The notes: generated by a model not told the origin, from the letters alone. Numbered from the stretch's first letter, positions 1-13,349 are shown. The stretch: 64,000 nucleotides of DNA from Gammaproteobacteria bacterium (GCA_965242685.1 OZ251487.1:1617495-1681494), one strand, 5' to 3'. Made by a program: numbers and translations.

Positions 1-930
1 AACGCAATCGTCCGTTTGCGTGCATATGGACGGGATCATTTGCGCAGTTTCATATTCAGTCTGGGTAAACTCTATCAACAGCCTTTTGCCGCCACACTTA
101 CGCTGTTGATGATCGCCATTGCCCTGGCGTTGCCGGCGTGTCTACACATTTTGATCGACAACCTTCAGGCGGTCACGCACAAATGGCATGATGCGGGGCA
201 GATTACCTTATTCCTGGAAGTTGACGCCGGTGAAAAGACCGTTAAGACATTGCGCAAGCGTTTTACAAACCACGCAAAGATCAAAAGCGTCGAATACGTA
301 TCTGCGGAAGCGGCCTTGAAAGATTTTCGGAGCCGTAGTGAAATCGGACACTTCCTGGAAAGATTGAAGGAAAACCCCCTGCCCCCCGTTTTCATACTTA
401 CCCCGTTTGCCGATACAAGGGACACGACCGGCCTCAATCACTTGCGTAGCGAGCTTCAGACACTTCCCGGTGTCGAACACGTACAACTCGACATGCAGTG
501 GCTGCAACGCCTGCAAGCCATTACCGGTACCGTGCGCCGCGTGGTAACCATCATCGGTTTTCTGTTGGCGATGTCCGTGTTACTCGTCGTTGGCAACAGC
601 ATACGGATGGACATTGAAAACCGACGTGAAGAAATAGAGGTCGCCAAACTTATCGGTGCTACAGACCGATTTATCCGTCGCCCTTTTTTATATGGCGGAA
701 TGTGGTACGGCCTGTTGGGCGGGGTGCTTACGCTGCTTCTGGTGCTGACGGTACTGTGGCTGGTGGCACAACCCGTTCAAACCCTGATCAAACTCTACAA
801 CAGCAATTTTCAGCTCCTGTTCCCCAGCTTTCTACAGAGCCTTGGGTTGGTGGGTTTGAGCGTCGGCCTGGGATTGCTTGGCTCCTGGCTGGCGGTCAGG
901 CGTCACATCTCCAGGATAGAGCCGAAATAA
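1..930 (+). CDS. ftsX: Cell division permease FtsX (frame open from base 1, so the true start may lie outside the window)
   Basis: Motifs ENPLPPV, LDMQWLQRL and NSIRMDIENRREEIEVAKLIGATDRFIRRPFLYGG; canonical position upstream of rpoH. Confidence 0.95.
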   Translation, partial: NAIVRLRAYGRDHLRSFIFSLGKLYQQPFAATLTLLMIAIALALPACLHILIDNLQAVTHKWHDAGQITLFLEVDAGEKTVKTLRKRFTNHAKIKSVEYVSAEAALKDFRSRSEIGHFLERLKENPLPPVFILTPFADTRDTTGLNHLRSELQTLPGVEHVQLDMQWLQRLQAITGTVRRVVTIIGFLLAMSVLLVVGNSIRMDIENRREEIEVAKLIGATDRFIRRPFLYGGMWYGLLGGVLTLLLVLTVLWLVAQPVQTLIKLYNSNFQLLFPSFLQSLGLVGLSVGLGLLGSWLAVRRHISRIEPK

Positions 931-981
931 AACGACGGAGCTAAGTTTAGGCAGAATAGGCCGCTGGTCTATCACTTTTTG

Positions 982-1008
982 TTGGCACTCTCCCCCATAG
1001 AGTGCTAA
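982..1008 (+). promoter_or_regulatory. CIRCE operator (HrcA binding site) upstream of rpoH
   Basis: TTGGCACTC-N9-GAGTGCTAA, one mismatch to consensus TTAGCACTC-N9-GAGTGCTAA with exact 9-bp spacer. Confidence 0.88.
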
Positions 1009-1070
1009 AATATATGGTAACTCCATATTATTATAGATATTTTACTTGTTTGAGGAGGTTTTTAGCGTTG

Positions 1071-1934
1071 ATGAAATCAAAGTCTGTCATGTCCTCACAG
1101 CTGCCCGTGGCGGTATCTGCCGGCACGCTGGACAGCTACATCGCCTTCGCATATCAGATACCGGTACTAAGTTCTGAAGAAGAGCACTCATTAGCCATTC
1201 GTCTGTATGAACGCAACGATCTGAGTGCGGCACGTACCCTGATCCTGCATCACCTTCGATTTGTTATCCAGGTCGCTCGTGGTTACAACGGCTATGGTCT
1301 GCCTCTGGCAGACTTGATACAGGAGGGCAACGTCGGGCTTATGAAGGCCGTCAAGCGTTTCGATCCACACAGGGGCGTGCGTCTGGTTTCCTTTGCCGTG
1401 CACTGGATTCGCGCTGAAATACACGAATTCGTGCTGCGCAACTGGCGCATTGTCAAGGTTGCCACCACCAAGGCACAGCGCAAGCTGTTCTTCAGTTTGC
1501 GTAACGCCAAGAAACGCCTGGCATGGTTAAATCAGGGCGAAGTCGAAAATATTGCCAGAGAACTCGGGGTAAAACCTGCGGAAGTGATGGAAATGGAAAA
1601 ACGTCTCAGCAGCAACGATCTGGGTTTTGACGTACCGGAAAACGGCGACGAAGAAGACGCCTTCACGCCGGCCAAGTACCTGAGCCATGATTCCGGCGAC
1701 CCCGAAACGTGCGTCGAAGAGCACGATTGGCAAAGCCACCAAAAGCGGCGGCTGCAAACGGCGTTCGCCACACTGGACCCGCGTAGCCGCGACATAATTA
1801 CGCGACGGTGGTTGGCGGAAAACAAGGCAACGCTCCAGGAACTGGCGGATAGGCATAAGGTATCGGCGGAGCGTATACGTCAGTTGGAGAATAACGCCAT
1901 CGGAAAGCTGAAAAGCAAAGTTATCGCGGCGTAA
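1071..1934 (+). CDS. rpoH: RNA polymerase heat-shock sigma factor sigma-32
   Basis: [19 protein letters not shown] and RpoH box [15 protein letters not shown]; start placed at the ATG after RBS GAGGAGG (1052-1058). Confidence 0.96.
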   Translation: MKSKSVMSSQLPVAVSAGTLDSYIAFAYQIPVLSSEEEHSLAIRLYERNDLSAARTLILHHLRFVIQVARGYNGYGLPLADLIQEGNVGLMKAVKRFDPHRGVRLVSFAVHWIRAEIHEFVLRNWRIVKVATTKAQRKLFFSLRNAKKRLAWLNQGEVENIARELGVKPAEVMEMEKRLSSNDLGFDVPENGDEEDAFTPAKYLSHDSGDPETCVEEHDWQSHQKRRLQTAFATLDPRSRDIITRRWLAENKATLQELADRHKVSAERIRQLENNAIGKLKSKVIAA

Positions 1935-2001
1935 CCTTATCTTAGAAGCCACCTGTATCTTTATATCCCGGACGGACACGCGGTGAACTCACCCAACCTC
2001 T

Positions 2002-3024
2002 TCAATACGTGCGTGTACGATCCGACCTGGACAGATAGATCAGCGTAGTCACGCCCAGCAGCAATAGTGCCGCACCGCCGTTGTGCATCACCGCGATACC
2101 GATGGGCAGATGCAAGACGACGTTTGCAATGCCGAGAGCAACTTGACTGCACAATAAAATTAGTGTCACACCCGTTACACTGCGCAAGATACTTGCAGCA
2201 CCTTTCATCAATAAAATACGTAATAGCACGACCAACCAGTAAACTGCCACCAAGACGGCCAAGAGCCGATGGCTCAAGTGAATGGCGGTGCGTGCCGGAT
2301 TATCGAGCACGCCGAATTCATAATTGACACCAAGCCCGCGCCAGAAAACAAAGCCTTCCCCAAAGTCCATCTCCGGCCACCATTTGCCCTGACAAGTGGG
2401 AAAATCCGAGCACGCCAGGGCCGCGTAATTGGCGCTGGTCCAGCCACCCAGCATGATTTGTCCGAGCAACAGAAACAGACCGATTACAAAGGCAAAGCGC
2501 ATGGCATGCCCCACGTTTTGACGTCCGCCGGTTAGGGCCCCCGTTCGCAGTATCAGCCACCACAGCAGCGACAGTACGGCAAACCCACCCAGCAGATGCA
2601 GCATCACGATGATCGGCTTTAGCAATAGGGTCACCGTCCACATCCCCAGCAGGGCCTGAAAGGCAACCAGGCCGACAAGAAATATCGGCAAAACAACCGG
2701 TTGACCGGGAATGTTGCGGCCTTTCCACGCCACGACCGCAAGCAGCAAGATCAATAATCCGAGTATGCCTGCAAAGTAACGATGAAGGACCTCTTTCCAA
2801 GCCTTGTCAGTCTCTACGGCGCGTTGCGGATACGTGCGGTTTGCCTGCTCCACTTCGCCGGCGGATTCCGGTATACCGAACCAATGACCGTAGCACCCCG
2901 GCCAGTCCGGACAGCCCAGCCCCGCATGCGAGAGCCGCACGTAAGCACCGAGCACCACTACCACCAGGGCCAGCGCACAGGTAAACCATGCGATGACATG
3001 AAAGGCACTTTTATAGTCGGTCAA
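2002..3024 (-). CDS. ctaA: Heme A synthase, COX15/CtaA family
   Basis: LGAYVRLSHAGLGCPDWPGCYG, EVLHRY, ACSDFPTCQG, HLSHR; multiple TM helices. Confidence 0.9.
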   Translation of the reverse strand: MTDYKSAFHVIAWFTCALALVVVVLGAYVRLSHAGLGCPDWPGCYGHWFGIPESAGEVEQANRTYPQRAVETDKAWKEVLHRYFAGILGLLILLLAVVAWKGRNIPGQPVVLPIFLVGLVAFQALLGMWTVTLLLKPIIVMLHLLGGFAVLSLLWWLILRTGALTGGRQNVGHAMRFAFVIGLFLLLGQIMLGGWTSANYAALACSDFPTCQGKWWPEMDFGEGFVFWRGLGVNYEFGVLDNPARTAIHLSHRLLAVLVAVYWLVVLLRILLMKGAASILRSVTGVTLILLCSQVALGIANVVLHLPIGIAVMHNGGAALLLLGVTTLIYLSRSDRTRTY

Positions 3025-3133
3025 GCTCGAATACCTTTGTTGGCGGTTTAAATTCCTTGTCGAAGCCGCATTCTACAAGTGCAAGCACCGGCAAAGCGTT
3101 TGTGATGGTACGTCGGCTTTCATCGTATTAGTA

Positions 3134-4423
3134 CTACTCCCTCCCGATTGCGCGGTAACCGATATCCGAGCGGCAAAACATGCCCGGCCAGGAAATTTCG
3201 CGTACTTGCCGATACGCATTCTTCTGTGCCGCACCAATGTCGTCACCAAGCGCGGTAACGCACAATACTCGCCCGCCGTTTGTCAATGTCCGACCGTTTT
3301 GCAACCTGGTGCCCGCATGAAAGACCTTGCACGCAGCCTTTTCTTGCCGCGGCAAACCTTCAATAACCCGGCCTTTCTCATATTGCTCGGGATATCCTTG
3401 CGCGGCAAGCACTACGCCGAGTGCCGCACGCGAGTCCCATTGAATCTCGTGCCGATGCAACCGTTCGGCCAATGCCACCCTACACAACTCGGCCAAGTCC
3501 GATTGCATGCGCATGAGTATCGGTTGTGCTTCGGGGTCACCGAGACGACAGTTAAACTCCAGCACGTAGGGGTTACCCTGCGCGTCAATTATCAAACCGG
3601 CGTAAAGAAAACCGACGTATGGCGTACCTTGCTCCGCGAATCCGTTTACGACGGGATAAATGATTTCTTCCAGGATTTGTCGATGCATGGCGCCCGTCAC
3701 CGCGGGAGCAGGCGAATACGCGCCCATGCCACCCGTATTTGGGCCGTTGTCGCCCTCGTCGCGCGCCTTATGGTCTTGTGAACTCGCCATGGGCAACGCA
3801 CATCGACCGTCGACCATACATATAAAACTGGCCTCTTCCCCCTGAATGAACTCTTCTATGACGATTTGGCGACCGGCCTCGCCAAAGCTTGCGCCACTCA
3901 GCATTTTTTCGGCACAGTGGGTAGCCTCCGCATGGGTTTGCGCAATCGTCACGCCCTTGCCCGCCGCCAATCCGTCCGCCTTGATTACAATAGGAACCGG
4001 CCTGGATAAAATATAGGCCTTGGCCCGATCAATATCGGTAAACACGGCGTACTCGCCGGTAGGAATGCCGTGTTGCCGCATGAATTGTTTGGCGAAAGAT
4101 TTGGATCCCTCCAGTTGCGCCACTGCCGCGGTGGGGCCGAAAATTGGCAAGCCTTCTTGGCTAAACCGATCAACGATGCCGGCCACCAGCAAGGCTTCGG
4201 GACCGACTACAGTCAATTCAACGTGTTGCCGCTTTGCAAAGGCGATGAGGGCATCGATATCTTCTGCGCCAACATCAACGTTTTCCGTCTTCGGCTCAAA
4301 CGCCGTCCCCGCGTTGCCCGGCGCAACAAATACGCGAGTCACCTTTTCCGCTCGACCCAGCTTCCAGGCCAGGGCGTGTTCACGTCCGCCGCCGCCGATT
4401 ACCAGTATTTTCACGTTTTTCAA
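3134..4423 (-). CDS. purD: Phosphoribosylamine-glycine ligase
   Basis: GGGGREHALAW, KADGLAAGKGV, GPNTGGMGAYSP, EFNCRLGDPE. Confidence 0.98.
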   Translation of the reverse strand: MKNVKILVIGGGGREHALAWKLGRAEKVTRVFVAPGNAGTAFEPKTENVDVGAEDIDALIAFAKRQHVELTVVGPEALLVAGIVDRFSQEGLPIFGPTAAVAQLEGSKSFAKQFMRQHGIPTGEYAVFTDIDRAKAYILSRPVPIVIKADGLAAGKGVTIAQTHAEATHCAEKMLSGASFGEAGRQIVIEEFIQGEEASFICMVDGRCALPMASSQDHKARDEGDNGPNTGGMGAYSPAPAVTGAMHRQILEEIIYPVVNGFAEQGTPYVGFLYAGLIIDAQGNPYVLEFNCRLGDPEAQPILMRMQSDLAELCRVALAERLHRHEIQWDSRAALGVVLAAQGYPEQYEKGRVIEGLPRQEKAACKVFHAGTRLQNGRTLTNGGRVLCVTALGDDIGAAQKNAYRQVREISWPGMFCRSDIGYRAIGRE

Positions 4424-4432
4424 TACCGGGAG

Positions 4433-6007
4433 TTAATGGCGAAAGTGGCGCATGCCCGTAAATACCATCGATATGTTCATCTCATTCGCCGCCGCAATAA
4501 TTTCGTCGTCATTCTTGGAGCCCCCGGGTTGAATGACGGCGGTAACGCCGCACTCATGTGCCGCGTCCAGTGCGTCACGAAATGGAATGAAGGCATCGGA
4601 GGCCATTACCGCGCCGCCAAGTCCCAGCTTTTCATCCTGTGCTTTCATGGCGGCTATCTTGGCCGAGTACACGCGGCTCATCTGCCCGGCACCTACGCCC
4701 AAGGTTTGTTGGTTACGTGCATAGACGATGGCATTCGACTTTACGAATTTCACTACTTTCCAAGCAAAAAGTAAGTCTTCAATTTCGTCGTTTGACGGCG
4801 CGCGCGCCGTGACAATTTTTACATCGTCTTTTCCCGTAATGCCCGTGTCCCGGTCCTGTACCAGCAGGCCGCCCGCTACGCTTTTATAGTCAAATGATTC
4901 GTTCATTTCCCGCCGGATGCTGTATTCCAGCACGCGAAGGTTTTTTTTCAGCGCCAATACTTTACGCGCGGCATCGGCAACGTCCGGTGCAATGATGACC
5001 TCGATAAATTGCTTCGCAACCGCCTTTGCAGCGTCGGCGCCCAACTCCCGATTAACGGCAACAATACCGCCAAACGCCGAGGTGGGGTCGGCTTCCCGCG
5101 CACGTTCGTAGGCCTGCAAAATGGTCGCGCCCGTGGCAACGCCACAGGGATTGGCGTGTTTGACTATCACGCACGTCGGGGAGGAAAATTGTCTTACGCA
5201 TTCCAATGCGGCGTCGGCATCCGCAACATTGTTATAAGATAGCCGTCCGCCCTGAATGGTTTCGGTGGTTGCAATTCCCGACCCGGCGGGCGGGTTTTTC
5301 GCTATGTAAAACGCCCCGCGCTGATGCGGATTTTCACCATAACGCAATACTTTCGCGCGCTGAAACGAGAGTGTAAGTTCGCGGGGGAAACCGCCGCTAT
5401 CTTGCTGTTTCCGCCCCCCCAGGTAATCGGCGATTGTTCGATCATATTGCGCCGTGTGATCGAATGCCTTTACCGCCAATTCAAATCTCTTTTCCCGGCC
5501 CAACCGGCCGTTGCCTTCCTTTAATCCTGCAACTATTGAACCGTAGTCCGCGGGGTTCACGACCACGATGACGCGGGCATGGTTCTTTGCCGCCGCACGC
5601 AATAATGCAACGCCGCCAATATCAATATTTTCAACGGCATCCCGGAAAGAATTGTCGGGGTCGGCTACGATCTTGGCAAACGGGTAAAGATTGACGATGA
5701 TCAGGTCAATGGCGGCAATGCCGTGACGGTGCATGACCTCTTCGTCCCGATCGCACCGTCCGAGAATACCGCCATGAATCTTTGGGTGCAACGTTTTGAC
5801 GCGACCATCCATGATTTCCGGGAAGCCGGTATAGTCGGAAACTTGTGTAACGTCTATGTCGTGATCGCTCAAAAGTGCGGCAGTGCCGCCCGTAGACAAC
5901 ACTTCCATGCCCATCCCGCGTAATTGACGGGTAAATCCTACGATACCCGTTTTATCGGCAACGCTGATTAAAGCTCGACGACAGGAATACCGCTTAAAGT
6001 TGGCCAA
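4433..6007 (-). CDS. purH: Bifunctional AICAR transformylase/IMP cyclohydrolase
   Basis: [34 protein letters not shown]-terminal FTGMRHFRH. Confidence 0.98.
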   Translation of the reverse strand: MANFKRYSCRRALISVADKTGIVGFTRQLRGMGMEVLSTGGTAALLSDHDIDVTQVSDYTGFPEIMDGRVKTLHPKIHGGILGRCDRDEEVMHRHGIAAIDLIIVNLYPFAKIVADPDNSFRDAVENIDIGGVALLRAAAKNHARVIVVVNPADYGSIVAGLKEGNGRLGREKRFELAVKAFDHTAQYDRTIADYLGGRKQQDSGGFPRELTLSFQRAKVLRYGENPHQRGAFYIAKNPPAGSGIATTETIQGGRLSYNNVADADAALECVRQFSSPTCVIVKHANPCGVATGATILQAYERAREADPTSAFGGIVAVNRELGADAAKAVAKQFIEVIIAPDVADAARKVLALKKNLRVLEYSIRREMNESFDYKSVAGGLLVQDRDTGITGKDDVKIVTARAPSNDEIEDLLFAWKVVKFVKSNAIVYARNQQTLGVGAGQMSRVYSAKIAAMKAQDEKLGLGGAVMASDAFIPFRDALDAAHECGVTAVIQPGGSKNDDEIIAAANEMNISMVFTGMRHFRH

Positions 6008-6029
6008 TGAAGTAGATATGAAAAGGCCG

Positions 6030-6329
6030 TTAACTCAAGTCGTGTACCTTGAGCTTTTTACGCAGTGTACCGCGATTGAGACCTAAATATCTTGCCGCTT
6101 TTGTCTGATTGCCGTCGCAATACTGCATTACCGATTCCAGCAAAGGGCGTTCAATTTCCCTCATAAATATTTTGTAAAGATTTTTAGGCTCATGCCCGTT
6201 CAGCTGGTCCAAGTACAGGCATAGGGAATCTACAACTGTCTCTCGTAAAGGTTGCCCGTGACGTCGGCCGGCTGCCCGGTCAGTAGAAATCGCAGTACTC
6301 ACGGGGCTTGCTCCGGTTGAGGCCGGCAA
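6030..6329 (-). CDS. fis: DNA-binding protein Fis (start uncertain)
   Basis: EIERPLLESVMQYCDGNQTKAARYLGLNRGTLRKKLK helix-turn-helix; fis-purH-purD synteny. Confidence 0.92.
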   Translation of the reverse strand: MPASTGASPVSTAISTDRAAGRRHGQPLRETVVDSLCLYLDQLNGHEPKNLYKIFMREIERPLLESVMQYCDGNQTKAARYLGLNRGTLRKKLKVHDLS

Positions 6330-6698
6330 GCGCGAATAAGAAACGTACGGATGATTTCTTCATCAATGGGTCGTCTTTGGATACGCATGGTTCACAGGTT
6401 TTTATATTTTTAGTTATTAACCGATATATCTTCAAGCTACACCGTGTACCGGGGCGCAACTTCTCGTCAAACTCTTCCGATGAGGATAGGCCACATTTTC
6501 CAGGTAATCCGTTTGGTCAAAATCCGGAATTTACTCGCGCTGGCCCGTGCACCATGATCGCACTTTCTCGAATAAAGGCAAGCCTTTTTATCTCGAAATA
6601 AGTTCGCATTTCGCCCAGGCCGTTTTAATCAATTTTGAATGTGAGTTAGAGGGGAAGAAGGTAGAGAGTTTAAAAAGCGTCCTATTAATTCTCCTTTA

Positions 6699-7343
6699 TT
6701 ACTCTCCCTTATATTCCCTCAAATAACGGCGCAATGCGGGCAGGTGTTCGTCGTACAGCCGCTCGGCCTCGATATATTGAACAAGCTCGGTAACCGTGGC
6801 AACGGCGATGATCGGCATTGAAAAATGTTCCCGTAAACTATCAACGGCGGAGCGCACCCCCGTCGCTCCCCGCTCCTGTCGATCAAAGGCTATGACGGCA
6901 CCCGCCGCTCGCCCGCCCGTACCACGAATAGTTTTTACGGTCTCGTTGATTGCGGTGCCCGCAGTAATGACGTCGTCGACAATAAGCACTCTGCCGGCTA
7001 TAGGGGTGCCCACCGTTTGTCCGCCGTCGCCGTACTCTTTGGCTTCCTTGCGGTTAAAGGCATAGGGCACGTTAAGGGCGTGTTCACGGGCAAGGCTTAC
7101 AGCGGTGACGGCGGCAAGAGGAATGCCTTTATACGCCGGGCCGAACAGCATGTCGAACTCCACGTTTGCATCGACGATCGCCCGCGCATAAAAGGCACCC
7201 AACCTCTCAAGGGCGCGACCGTCATTAAATAAACCCGTATTGAGAAAATAGGGGCTTACGCGGCCCGATTTAAGTGTAAACTCACCAAACTGCAATACTC
7301 CTTGATCAACGGCAAACTGGATGAATTTTAGACTGTTTTTCAT
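6699..7343 (-). CDS. pyrE: Orotate phosphoribosyltransferase
   Basis: FTLKSGRVSPYF, FGPAYKGIP, NRKEAKE, PRPP motif IVDDVITAGTA. Confidence 0.97.
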   Translation of the reverse strand: MKNSLKFIQFAVDQGVLQFGEFTLKSGRVSPYFLNTGLFNDGRALERLGAFYARAIVDANVEFDMLFGPAYKGIPLAAVTAVSLAREHALNVPYAFNRKEAKEYGDGGQTVGTPIAGRVLIVDDVITAGTAINETVKTIRGTGGRAAGAVIAFDRQERGATGVRSAVDSLREHFSMPIIAVATVTELVQYIEAERLYDEHLPALRRYLREYKGE

Positions 7344-7426
7344 GTAGCGGGGTCAAGGGTCGTAGCTTTGTCGGTTATTTTATGCCAACAAGACGCCGGC
7401 TGTTAAAAAGTCTATTGTATTACACC

Positions 7427-8203
7427 ATGCGCATTATTACTCTCAATGTAAATGGTATACGCGCGGCGGCGCGCAAGGGGCTGTTTGCGTGGTTGAAAAA
7501 GCAACGCGCCGATGTGATTTGCTTACAGGAGACCAAAGCGCAAGTGTGGCAGCTGCAACAGGATACGGCTTTTTTCCCGAAGGGCTATCACTGTTATTAC
7601 GTTGACGCATTGAAAAAAGGATACAGCGGCGTCGCCGTTTACAGCAGGTACAAACCGAATAAAATTGTTCGCGGCTATGGGGAAGATGAATTTGACGGTG
7701 AAGGCCGTTATCTGGAACTACAGTTTGATCGCCTCGCCGTAGTCTCCCTGTACGCCCCTTCAGGTACTTCCAGTGAACTGCGCCAGCAGGCCAAATTTCG
7801 CTTCATGGACAGTTTCATGCAACACCTAAAAAATATAAAACGCCGACGCAAGGAGTATATTCTTTGCGGCGACTGGAACATCGCCCATAAGAAAATCGAC
7901 CTAAAAAACTGGCGCGGCAACCAAAAAAACTCAGGCTTCCTGCCCGAAGAGCGTGCCTGGTTGGATATGTTGTTCAACGGCGTCGGCTACTTAGACGTTT
8001 TCCGGGAGATCAACCAAGAGGAAGAAATGTATACATGGTGGTCAAACCGCGGTCAGGCCCGGGCAAAAAACGTCGGCTGGCGCATTGATTACCATGTTGC
8101 CACGCCCGGACTGAAAGGAACGCCGCAACACGCCGATATTTATAAGGAAGAACGCTTTTCAGACCACGCGCCGCTTACCGTTGATTATGACTTGACGTTT
8201 TGA
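7427..8203 (+). CDS. xth: Exodeoxyribonuclease III family protein (pyrE-linked, Crc-like locus)
   Basis: MRIITLNVNGIRAA, CLQETK, GDWNIAH, WRIDY, SDHAP; start placed at ATG 7427. Confidence 0.88.
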   Translation: MRIITLNVNGIRAAARKGLFAWLKKQRADVICLQETKAQVWQLQQDTAFFPKGYHCYYVDALKKGYSGVAVYSRYKPNKIVRGYGEDEFDGEGRYLELQFDRLAVVSLYAPSGTSSELRQQAKFRFMDSFMQHLKNIKRRRKEYILCGDWNIAHKKIDLKNWRGNQKNSGFLPEERAWLDMLFNGVGYLDVFREINQEEEMYTWWSNRGQARAKNVGWRIDYHVATPGLKGTPQHADIYKEERFSDHAPLTVDYDLTF

Positions 8204-9558
8204 TCCCGCACTCGGAAAAAGTTTCCTGGTCGCAGGCCTTGCACGTTTACCTGAAACCACGGGTACTCGCCATGTTGTTTCTCGGTTTTTCGGCGGGCCT
8301 GCCGCTACTGCTGGTATTCGGAACGCTGTCTTTCTGGCTACGGAAAGAGGGGATAGATCGCACTACGATAGGCTATATATCTTGGGTTGCCTTGCTTTAC
8401 GGGCTTAAATTCGCATGGGCACCGTTGGTGGACCGCCTGCCTTTACCCTTGCTGACAAAACATTTGGGTCAGCGACGCAGCTGGATATTATTGTCGCAGA
8501 TCGGCGTCATCCTCGGGCTGTGGATGATGGCAACCTGTGACCCGACAATTGATCTGACGAGGTTGACACTGTTCGCCCTGTGGGTTGCTTTTTCTTCGGC
8601 TACTCAGGATATTGGTATCGATGCCTGGCGGATTGAAGCCGCACCGGACGCGCAACAAGGCGCAATGGCGGGGACGTATCAAATGGGCTATCGCCTTGGC
8701 TTAATATTGTCTGGCGGAGGCGCGTTCCTGATCGCCGGCAGTTTCTCATGGAACACAGCGTATTTTGCTATGGGGCTGATTATGTCCGTCGGTGTCGTTA
8801 CAACTCTGCTTATCTTCGAACCCGACCGGAGAATTACAAAGGAGACGTGGCTACAGGAAGAGCGCGTGATAAAGTTTCTTCAAGGCCCTTCCCATCTGCC
8901 TCGGCGCATTCGTTACCTCATTGCCTGGGTGATTGGTGCAGTGGTATGTCCGTTTACCGATTTTTTCGCACGCAACGGCATTATGGTTGCGCTGGTAATT
9001 CTGGTTTTCGTCGGTCTGTTTCGAATCAGTGACATCACCATGGGCGTGATGGCAGGACCGTTTTATGCCGACATGGGATATACCGAGACGCAAATCGGTC
9101 TTGTCTCAAAGACCTTCGGGGTGTTCGTTACCATATTCGGTGCGTTGTTGGGCGGTATTCTTATCATGCGTTATGGTTATATGCGTATGTTGATCGTTGC
9201 GGCAGCACTGGTTGCATTCACCAACGTGGTCTTCGCCTGGCTTGCAACACAGGAGCCGAAAACTTTTTTATTGGTGCTTGTAATCACTGCGGATAACGTC
9301 AGCGCCGGCATTGCGGGCTCCACGTTTATCGCCTACCTGTCCAGTCTCACCAACCGCGCTTACACGGCAACGCAGTATGCCTTGTTCAGTTCGTTAATGC
9401 TGTTGCCGGCCAAGTTTATCGGCGGCTTCTCTGGACAGGTCGTGGACAACCATGGTTACGTATACTTTTTTATCTATGCAGGGCTGCTCGGCGTGCCGGC
9501 CGTGCTGCTTGCAATCTACATGCAGGCCAATCGCCGCGGAGGATACCAGGCCGAGTGA
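8200..9558 (+). CDS. ampG: AmpG family muropeptide MFS permease
   Basis: LGFSAGLPLLL, KFAWAPLVD, SATQDIGIDAWRIE, ATQYALFSS. Confidence 0.9.
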   Translation: MIPHSEKVSWSQALHVYLKPRVLAMLFLGFSAGLPLLLVFGTLSFWLRKEGIDRTTIGYISWVALLYGLKFAWAPLVDRLPLPLLTKHLGQRRSWILLSQIGVILGLWMMATCDPTIDLTRLTLFALWVAFSSATQDIGIDAWRIEAAPDAQQGAMAGTYQMGYRLGLILSGGGAFLIAGSFSWNTAYFAMGLIMSVGVVTTLLIFEPDRRITKETWLQEERVIKFLQGPSHLPRRIRYLIAWVIGAVVCPFTDFFARNGIMVALVILVFVGLFRISDITMGVMAGPFYADMGYTETQIGLVSKTFGVFVTIFGALLGGILIMRYGYMRMLIVAAALVAFTNVVFAWLATQEPKTFLLVLVITADNVSAGIAGSTFIAYLSSLTNRAYTATQYALFSSLMLLPAKFIGGFSGQVVDNHGYVYFFIYAGLLGVPAVLLAIYMQANRRGGYQAE

Positions 9559-9876
9559 AACCAGAAAAGTTTATACCTATTGAGCAAGCCAGCTATTTTC
9601 AGCAAAAATAGATAAGGCTGTATAACGGAATACTTTGACGGTTTTCAACTAAGGATTTAACTGCCTTTTCGCTATTTGTTTAAATTTGCTGTTCAGCCTA
9701 TCCCTAAAAGTTTTCCCTACTTCATCAAATATTCGCAATAGCTCTGAATAAAGTACCTTTGCCGCCTATGCAGAAACAATCTTTCACCTGAAACAGAGAT
9801 AGAAGTTATAGCGATTTATCTACAAGATAAAAGAAATTAAAAACATTTACCTGCAAAATCGAGATATTAGTCTACC

Positions 9877-9892
9877 TGTTTCACGTGAAACA
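9877..9892. promoter_or_regulatory. parS centromere site (ParB loading)
   Basis: Perfect palindrome TGTTTCACGTGAAACA; a two-mismatch copy TCTTTCACCTGAAACA lies at 9780-9795. Confidence 0.92.
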
Positions 9893-9895
9893 TAG

Positions 9896-10663
9896 TTAAT
9901 CGTGGAATTCTGCGACAACCGGGGCATGGTCAGAAGGGCGTTTGTTGCTTCGAGGAAGTTTGTCAACGCCACTGAAAAGGCACTTCGTCTGCAGTGTTTC
10001 ACTTGCCAGGATCAGATCAATTCTCAATCCCATATTGCGACGAAAGGCGGCGGCGCGATAGTCCCACCAGCTAAAACTGTCCTCTTCTTGTTCAAACAAC
10101 CGAAACGTATCGGCAAAACCTAGTTTTAGTATTGCTTGCAATGCTTCGCGCTCTTTGCTGCTACATAAAATTTTCTCTCTCCACACTTCCGGATCATGCA
10201 CGTCGCTATCTTTGGGTGCGATGTTAAAATCTCCCAACACAATGTATTTCGGGTACTTTTTAAGGTCTCTTTCAATAAAAGCCGTCACTTTCCTGAGCCA
10301 GTCAAGTTTGTACGCATATTTCTCAGAGCCCACCTCCGATCCGTTGACGACGTAGAGATTCAGTATTCGCACGCCAGATACGGTAACTGCAAGAATACGC
10401 CTCTGTGAGTCATCCAGCCCCCCAATGTCAGAAAGTGTCTCGCCGGCCCTTTGTTTTGATAAAACTGCAACTCCATTATAGGTTTTCTGACCAGAGAACT
10501 CGGCATGATAGCCGGCTTGGGTAATCTCGGCTACTGGGAATTCTTCATCGATCATCTTAGTCTCTTGCAGTGCAAGAACGTCTACAGGGTTATCATCAAG
10601 CCACGCGAGTACCTGTGGAAGACGAACGCGCAAAGAGTTTACATTCCAAGAGGCAAATTTCAT
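9896..10663 (-). CDS. xth: Exodeoxyribonuclease III (second paralogue)
   Basis: MKFASWNVNSLRVR, LQETK, GQKTYNGVA, GDFNIAP, GLRIDLIL, SDHAPV; start placed at ATG 10663. Confidence 0.92.
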   Translation of the reverse strand: MKFASWNVNSLRVRLPQVLAWLDDNPVDVLALQETKMIDEEFPVAEITQAGYHAEFSGQKTYNGVAVLSKQRAGETLSDIGGLDDSQRRILAVTVSGVRILNLYVVNGSEVGSEKYAYKLDWLRKVTAFIERDLKKYPKYIVLGDFNIAPKDSDVHDPEVWREKILCSSKEREALQAILKLGFADTFRLFEQEEDSFSWWDYRAAAFRRNMGLRIDLILASETLQTKCLFSGVDKLPRSNKRPSDHAPVVAEFHD

Positions 10664-10751
10664 ATTTTGGTTAAATCGATCAGCAACAGGGCTATCCACC
10701 GAGGATGATTATGACGTTGCCTCTCGTCAGCGTGGCACCTAACGGCTCACT

Positions 10752-13178
<2,427 letters not shown>

Positions 13179-13188
13179 CTAGCTTATC

Positions 13189-13204
13189 TGTTTCACGTGA
13201 AACA
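13189..13204. promoter_or_regulatory. parS centromere site between dnaN and gyrB
   Basis: Perfect palindrome TGTTTCACGTGAAACA. Confidence 0.92.
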
Positions 13205-13349
13205 CTTCACCTCTTCCTAGAGGAAGGAAGCCTTTTCAAGTTAATATTCACAGCCGTTAGTTCGAGATATCTTTCAAAGATATAAAGGTCGCGCTCTTTA
13301 AGAATCTATGTTTAGCTTATAAATGGGAATATCTACAGGTAAACGAGCA

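Noticed and set aside
6330-6698. dusB pseudogene, and the 97-aa + strand ORF 6308-6601
   Set aside because: No DusB motifs recoverable by manual translation; the + strand ORF has no RBS or family features
7427-8203. Calling this gene crc
   Set aside because: Synteny fits, but the catalytic ExoIII motifs appear intact, so xth-family is the safer call
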